Both the position numbers and the translations under genes were made by a program. This document shows positions 33,345-40,572 of a stretch of DNA of 40,572 bases, piece after piece (within the stretch, counting starts at the first letter, position 1; each line of letters opens with the position of its first letter). Under the pieces are notes generated by a model. That model did no database searches. It saw nothing but the letters and a program-made list of their open reading frames with translations, and was not told the origin of the DNA. The stretch lies in the NCBI RefSeq assembly GCF_001186125.1, contig NW_014040519.1, positions 159,075 to 199,646 of the forward strand, given 5' to 3'. This DNA is from Sphaeroforma arctica JP610 (Eukaryota).

Positions 33345-36300
33345 TTATTGGCCGTATTTATTTCGAACGAGTTGACTTGGCAAATCCGCTAAGATAGACG
33401 ACCAGGGCCTTTCCGCCACCACAAGGTCTCCAGCTCTGGTAAAGTCGGCAAAAAGCATCGGTTTGTACATATCCGTGGTGTACAGTTGCGGTGTCACTGT
33501 ACGGGTCTTGCTGGCCTGTGTGTTACCCGTGTTCGACTCAGAGTTTTTTCGTCCACGACGGCCGGAATCAATCGATACCAGATTATCAGACATCGGTTGG
33601 GTTATATCCAGGCGCGCGAGCATACCACTATCATAGGAGAATACGTAATTTTCGCGCGTTGGGTCGTGTATGATACCCACGGTATTAGCGTACTTCTTCA
33701 GATATGCGCCAGGAAACTTTGATACGTTATCACGCGTCCTGTACAGTAGTTGGTGCATACAAGGAATAAAAAGGGCTTAATTGAGAAAACAGCAACACAG
33801 CGACAGATCGAGACAAATGACAATGCAACACTATTTCGGAATGTGTTAAACAGGGCGAGCAGGGAAGAACAAGAATACCAATTAAACATAATATGAGATG
33901 ACATGTAAGATAAGCATACTTTTGGCGGCATATATTTTGTGCCGAGCTGAATAATACAAGCAAAAAACGTAGTAAATGAAATTACAAAAATGCAGGTGAG
34001 TTTTGTCAACATACTTCAACTCAACAGGGAAGAGGCAAGACTAACCAAAGATTAAAAAACGAATTAATTTCCGTTATGTGGGACTGACGGCCCCTTACTG
34101 TCACTCAAGGGATCGGAACCATTCTGCGCGCAACAAAACATAGTGTATTCTTATTCATGCGTATGCAAGCTACACATACCAGTCTGATATACGCTTCTGC
34201 TTGGTATCAATCACATGGATTCGGTTACAGCTCAATACAAGCACGAGGTCGTCCGTCTTGGGGCGGAAGGACATCGCCGTCAAAGTGCTGTCAAATTTAT
34301 TTAATGTATAGTGCACAGCACCGGCTTGTAGATCGTATATTGTGATATTCTTGTTCGCGTCACCGACAGCCAAGTATTGACCTGATGAACTCACCTCCAG
34401 ATGTGTGATGGGACCTAAGTACGTGCATGAGTGCAAAAGAGGAATTGAAAATTTAGATTTGTACAATGACTTTATGACAAACCGTACCAGGACGACAACA
34501 AAAAGCATCCACTCCGATATTGGTAACATAAAAACACAAGGAGGAATGCTATACGCCCAGAGCAAGACATGATTTCTACATCAACAGTAACAAATTAGGT
34601 AGCCGCGTGGAATCTAACCAATGTCTAAGTCATCAATTGGGGAGTGGTGGAGTGATTGAAACCAAATGGTCACATACGCGACAAGAGAACAGCTCAGAAC
34701 AAGCGATCTTACTAGATTGCGAAGTCATTAACGATACAGCTGACAGTACTATCCAGATCGCTTCCTAACCGAGGGGTCGAACAAGACGTATCGGGCCTGT
34801 AAACATATCAGTAAGCATACACTACACGTTGATATTGTTCCTAACAGACAGGCAACGATAACCACTTCCACTGTAAGCTCACCTGTGCCCTTATGTCCAT
34901 CAAATTCGGTTTCCACTACCCCAGTTTCTAGATTTAGGACTCGAACGACCCCGTCTGAACCCGCGGATACCAGTTGGGAGTTGAATGGCGTGAACAGAAG
35001 CCTACAAGGAGATAAAACAGTAACGACCGCGTATAAGCATTACACTGAAGATCATTTACGGCATATTCAAAATCGGATCGAGTTCAAGTTTGCACGGGAA
35101 TGGAAGATACACTTAATGACTGAAATGTGAATTGGTATCACGATCGAATTCGAGATAGTATACATAGCTCGTCATAAGATACAAAACGAGATACATTGTT
35201 CATAGACTAACAATTATTTTACAGCAACATCAATATGGTGCTGGCAATTCACAATAGTGTGCTCAGTATATATATTTCTTCCGTCGTGCAGTTATGAACA
35301 AAAATCACGATAACCTAAAACTCTTCCAAAAACTGTACAAAAATTGATATATGAACACTATTCGCAGCCTGCCATTCCGTATATGGCCAAAATAAGAATT
35401 CGCTGTGAAAATATAAATATATACATACATACACTACATTCAAACACTTACATAATTATATATATATATGTATATAGATACACCCGCACCCATCCGCACA
35501 CGTATATGCATATATACATATGTAACCGTACACCTATATCTAGTGGTAAACGCCAGACTCGATAGGCCTCTTATTGAACAGAGACGAATCGCGACGTACA
35601 GATGGAAATTTGAGCCTCATTTCCAATTTTTAAGAATTTCGTATATATTTTGAGCCTCCACTTATATTGCGTAAATGTGCACAAGCCCAGGTTGCCGATT
35701 ACCAAATACGTCCACAACGAAATATGCGAAAATATACAGAACCGCACCCACCGAGAAAAGAACATCACGTAATGGGAAAAAAAGAAAAGAAAAAAGAAAC
35801 CTCGCCCACCATGTTGCCAAACGACAACTAATCACTTTATCTTGCTAAGCGAGATGTGCAAGTATGTTGTGGTAGGACTGTTTACCTGTGACTATATACT
35901 TCGGAGAGAGCGTTCGTGTCCGACTTAGTGATCTTGCATCTGCGGCCGGTAGAGTCGTCATGGTACTGTAAGTGGAACACCTTAGTGCTGTCTACGTCCG
36001 ACAACGCAATATACTCACCGCTTGCTGAGATATTGGAGCACATCAGATTACCATCGCCCTGAAGATACATGAATACATACAATCAGTACATAAATGCCAG
36101 TACAGCCGATTACTATGGCACACTGCTGCGACTACGATCAGAAATAGGGTTGAACAAGAGAAGCTAGTTTAGTCAATCTCCATAAAAAAAAGATCTAGGT
36201 CAATACTCGTGGTTGTGAAGATGACCATTCAGGTGCCTGCTATTTTCGAGAGCAAAACTCATGGTAGCCACCAATACTCTGATGCTACACATGCATACAC

Positions 36301-38563
36301 TTTTGTAGTAGATTTGAATAACATATCTAAGCTCCATTTCAGGTACAAAGTAGTATACTACCGAGGTATCTAACAGTGGCTCAATTTCCTTGTGATTGTC
36401 GTGGTGTGCCATACTATGTACAGACACGGCTTTAGCTGAATGTCTGTTGCTAAGAATATTTTAAAAAGCGCGAAGACGACAGATACATATTTATAGATTG
36501 TCATATCCAATTAGCAAAATTGTATCAATACACGTTCAAGATTAGTAAACCATTCAAATCTAGCGGCACGTTCACGTTTACTGACCTATCAAGACTTGGC
36601 ATTGGTATGATGGACACCGTTATTGTGCATATAGATGCAGGAGTACTAGTGATCGATAAACTAGTGGACATGTGGTGTTCAAATCTTTCATACAGAACTC
36701 CCTATCAAAAGTGTCTTGATCGATACATTAAAAAACCCCATCTATACCCTAAAAGTACGAAAGTACAGCATTCTACGAGGCTGTTATATATGCTGGGTAC
36801 GATATGTGCATACCTGTGTAAACGAACACGGGCATGCGGATATGAAATAGAATTGGAGTGATGTGGGGGCCAGCCATGCAGCGAAATACTACTAAACACA
36901 GACACGCACTTCATGCAGATAACGACTCCACACTAATTCGACCATACTCGACCATTTATGGACTGAAGTTAATTCAAGAGGTAAGCACGCCTGTGCGCAG
37001 TAAGTAAATAACGGTTGCTGCAAAACCCAATACAAGCAGTGCGATGGAGAACTTGACCACACACACACACGCACACACATATATATAAGCACACATACAC
37101 ACACGCACATAATATGTATATATAGATATACATGTATATATATATATACAGATATGCAAAAATATAGAACACAAGATATATAGAAATAACAAGTCACAAA
37201 GAATAACATATATATTGATGTACAGAACACAGTCAAAACCACACAGAGAACGCATTTTCTTCACAAGTGAGAGGCAAGTTCAGAATATGACCAGTGCATT
37301 ATACCGGCTACAACAAAACACTTGGACTGCCGAAGGTCGACGAATATATATGTTTCTAATACATCTATAAATAAAATCTACAAATACATAAACATCAGTC
37401 GATCTGATTATGTTCCAACACCATACGTATAGAAATAAAATCCAGCGTACCTTAAGAGATAGCTGCGCAACCATGGCTGGGTTTCGCGTCACTGCCTCCG
37501 CATCTCCACTTCCCAGTCGCCACAACTCCACGTGGTTTGACAAACGGCACAACAACATATCCGACTTTCGCGCTATATGAATGATGGGTGAATGAGGGAA
37601 CGGCGGGATCCGTCTGGGCGCTGAGTTCTCGAACTTACTAGTATTGTACACCACTAACTGAGTGTCCACACCTCCAGACACAAGGGTTGCATCATTCGTC
37701 GACAAGGCGAGTGCACGTACATCATGGGTGTGCACACGCATCTTCTTCGCAAACACCCACTTGGCCTGACCCAGGCCATTCGCATTCCTCGCCAGTTTGT
37801 ATTGCGCTACTTTATTATCTACACCGGAGGCATACACCGTTTTCTGACAGGAACTCACACTCAAGGCCAATACATCGGCCTCGTGCGATTTGAAGGTCTG
37901 TGTGAGGGTGCCAAACGCACCGTCCCAGAACTGTGTATTACCCAGCGAGTCTCCGCTTATAATTGTAAAGTCCGCCAGCACCGCAATAGCCCATACGATA
38001 GTACTTTCTTTGAGGAAATCAGCAATGGTGATATGCAGCGTAGACCGTCCTGATGCGACAGACCACTTATGTATCACACTATTCGAAGTCCCACTTACTA
38101 TTACCTGTCCATCCGTATGCCAGGCAAGCGCCAGGATACGGCCCTCGACCTTGTCAAAGCCCTTTTCAAACAACAGACAGTTATTTGCGATATCGAATAA
38201 TCTCACACGCCCGTCTTCGCAGCCAGCCGCTAGCATTTCTCCCTTCTTGTTCGCTTGCAAACACCAAACTGCACCGCCTGCGGTGTCTATGGCCTGCTTT
38301 GAGGTTAAGGTCGCCAAGTCCCATTCGACGATATAGCCGTCTAGACCAGCGGAAAACAAGCGCGTACCGGCCCAGGCTATGGCTTCTACGCTCACATTCT
38401 CACCCCCAAGTATACATCGCTCCATAACCCAATCAGCAACATGCCATATCTCGATGTTTCCATCAGCACGCGATACGGCGAGTAGACTGGAGTCACTGTT
38501 GAATGCGAGACAGTGGATGGGCTGAGGTACATATTCTACAAACTTACACCTGTGTACACTCAT
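33345..38563 (-). CDS. UTP4: U3 snoRNA-associated protein 4 / cirhin (WD40), 5 exons: 37451-38563, 35886-36058, 34883-35001, 34180-34414, 33345-33738 (2034 nt, 677 aa)
   Basis: N-terminus MSVHRCKFVEYVPQPIHCLAF..LAVSRADGNIEIW, HTHDVRAL, C-terminal LVVAERPW..LP..L.RNKYG are typical of UTP4. All four GT-AG introns join in phase (0, 2, 1, 2) with no stops. Confidence 0.93.
37058..37150. repeat. (CA)n/(TA)n microsatellite in UTP4 intron 1
   Basis: Direct observation. Confidence 0.9.
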
Positions 38564-39785
38564 GCTGGCTTTATGTCTCTATACGCATGCAAGGGAGTAC
38601 CTGTAATTTATCTTTGCGCTACTCGCTACTTGCTACTTGCAGTCTCTTTGGCAGGTTGTGTTGTAACGATTGTATTGTCCAAATATTTACCTGTGTACAC
38701 CTAGGTTCTAAAACTCTATATGACAGAACCGATAAAGCAACGTGTTCAGTTCCTTCCATTCCCGTCCCAGGACATTTGGTTAAATATTATAAATAGACAT
38801 AGTACAACCTGAGGTTATATTTTATGTGTAAAAAATAATAATTTAAATATGAAAGCGTTAACAAAAGCTTAATTTTTTTTTAGTCCCCGAATCCCTTCAG
38901 AGCTTACATATCAAGAGAGAATTTTGTCACGGTTTTAGCAATTCCGTCTTTAACGTAATGCATTCAACGCTTTCAAGTCAGCAGCTATATTTCTATAGAG
39001 TACATATATAAGTGGTCAGAGACTCTGATCAGAGACTCAGACTCAGAGTGCGGAGGACTGAAGTCTTTTTTGTTCTCTTACATTTGGCGCCGCGGCCCGC
39101 GAGTCCCATTTGCGAGTCCTGAGGTGCGAGAGTCGAGACTGCGAGTCCACTAAAATGTAGATGTCTAGTGTTTCTTTTTCAGGGGGGGGGGGGGCTTATG
39201 TATGGTCAAGTTACCAAAACAAACCCCTACCATATTTTAAATTTATTGAACAAACTCTCACATCTCTCAGCCGACAGCAGGGGTGGAAATACTTACTTTC
39301 CAAAAATAACGTCATAGCCTTCATCAATCTGAACACAAAAGCAGTTGTTTTTTTCCATTGAGCCACGTGTATTTGAACTAGTACCGAACATGTCACAAAT
39401 ATATCTTAATTTCATTGGGCGATTAAACTTTTTTTTTCGCTTCGAACAGATCTAAAGTGATCAAAGTCCGATAAGATTTTTAGATTTGATTTGATTTTTT
39501 TAAAGTTGTGAAAGGTCTGTACCACCAATATACAATATAGAGATGTCAAGTTCTGTCTTCCAAGCTAGCTGAGAGCATCCATATGAGAAGCCTGATCTAT
39601 AATGTAATAAAGTACCGTATGCCATTGTGAATACATATCGATATATGTATCTATCCATCTATATATATACATATATATGTGTGGATATATATGTATACAT
39701 ACATATTTATAATAGGACTACAGTGCGCCAATATAGCTTGGTCGGTTCATACTGCTCGAGTGTGCTTTACCCCACAAGCAGTACC

Positions 39786-40135
39786 ATGGAGTACAATGCA
39801 GCGTGCACTATCCAGCGGGCATGGAGGTGCAGTTTAGCCCGAACATTTTGCAAAACGATAAGAAGACGTATACACATAGTGAACGAGATCGTGGAGAACG
39901 AACGAAAATACGTATCAAATCTTGCGTATATTAGTATACTTTACGAACAGCCACTACTGAATTTACTGCAGGAAGGGAAACCCCTGGTGTCCGGGGGGAC
40001 AATCCAAGCAATATTTAAAGACATTCAGAGAATATTGAAAGTACATACAGTCCTGCTAAGGATTATAAATGGCCGGCTTAAGTCTTGGGAACATGACAGC
40101 ACAATTGGCGATTGTTTTGTGGAGATATGGAATGA
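39786..40135 (+). CDS. Exon of an IQ-motif + Dbl-homology (RhoGEF) protein; gene continues beyond the window
   Basis: AACTIQRAWRCSLAR (IQ); RRIHIVNEIVENERKYVSNL..IQAIFKDIQRILKVHTVLL..W..TIGDCF (DH N-terminus); donor GA|gtaag at 40135/40136; possible upstream acceptor at 39715. Confidence 0.85.
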
Positions 40136-40364
40136 GTAAGTCAAACACTATCACACAAAGATTGCAGTCATCTCACCGTGCCTGCATATATCTTAATCTT
40201 GTAAAGAGTTTCGGCTTGATTTTCATTGAACATTACTGATTATAGTGGACATATAGCCGTTGCTTTTGTTCCTAACACGACATACTACTACAAATACATA
40301 TTTTTTGCTAATATGCGTATACAAATATGTAGGAGTACATAAAATTCTTCTACACATATATAAC

Positions 40365-40572
40365 CACATACACACTAAAACACACACACACACACACACA
40401 CCCAGTTACAAACACCAGCATACGCACACACACACACAACCACTCTTCCTCATCCACACACACGTAACACACATAAACACACACACACTATGTGTATATA
40501 TATTCATTTATATATATATATATATATATAATATTTAATATATATATATATATATATATAAATAATATATAT
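40365..40572. repeat. (CA)n and (TA)n microsatellites, intronic
   Basis: Direct observation. Confidence 0.9.

Noticed and set aside
36892..37264. Hydrophobic Cys/Val/Tyr-rich ORFs (also 35344-35653, 40260-40538)
   Set aside because: Translations of intronic microsatellites
1..40572. Species assignment
   Set aside because: Sequence supports an intron-containing eukaryote only; taxon cannot be established without a search

Overview
Eukaryotic genomic window (spliceosomal GT-AG introns, AT/AC microsatellites, two N gaps). Bases ~1-31.7 kb are nested, mostly decayed transposons: a 5'-truncated non-LTR (LINE) remnant, four Ty1/copia elements (A, B, C, and the near-complete D at 15935-23938 with 5-bp TSD TCTGG), a MULE transposase with a Ulp1 protease domain, a chromodomain-bearing Ty3/gypsy element, and several solo LTRs. 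The right end holds an intact 5-exon UTP4/cirhin gene (minus strand) and, divergently, an exon of an IQ-motif + DH/RhoGEF gene. Main discovery: LTR retrotransposons of both superfamilies carry a related Dam-like N6-adenine DNA methyltransferase domain (DLFAS/DLFSS ... NPPW ... VP..W ... GKxPWxxTxVA). In the gypsy element it lies between RNase H and integrase. In copia C and D it is inserted between the HH and CC halves of the integrase zinc finger, and a remnant sits directly before the CxxC in copia B. All transposon copies here are pseudogenised. Domain calls come from motif recognition and manual translation, not database searches.
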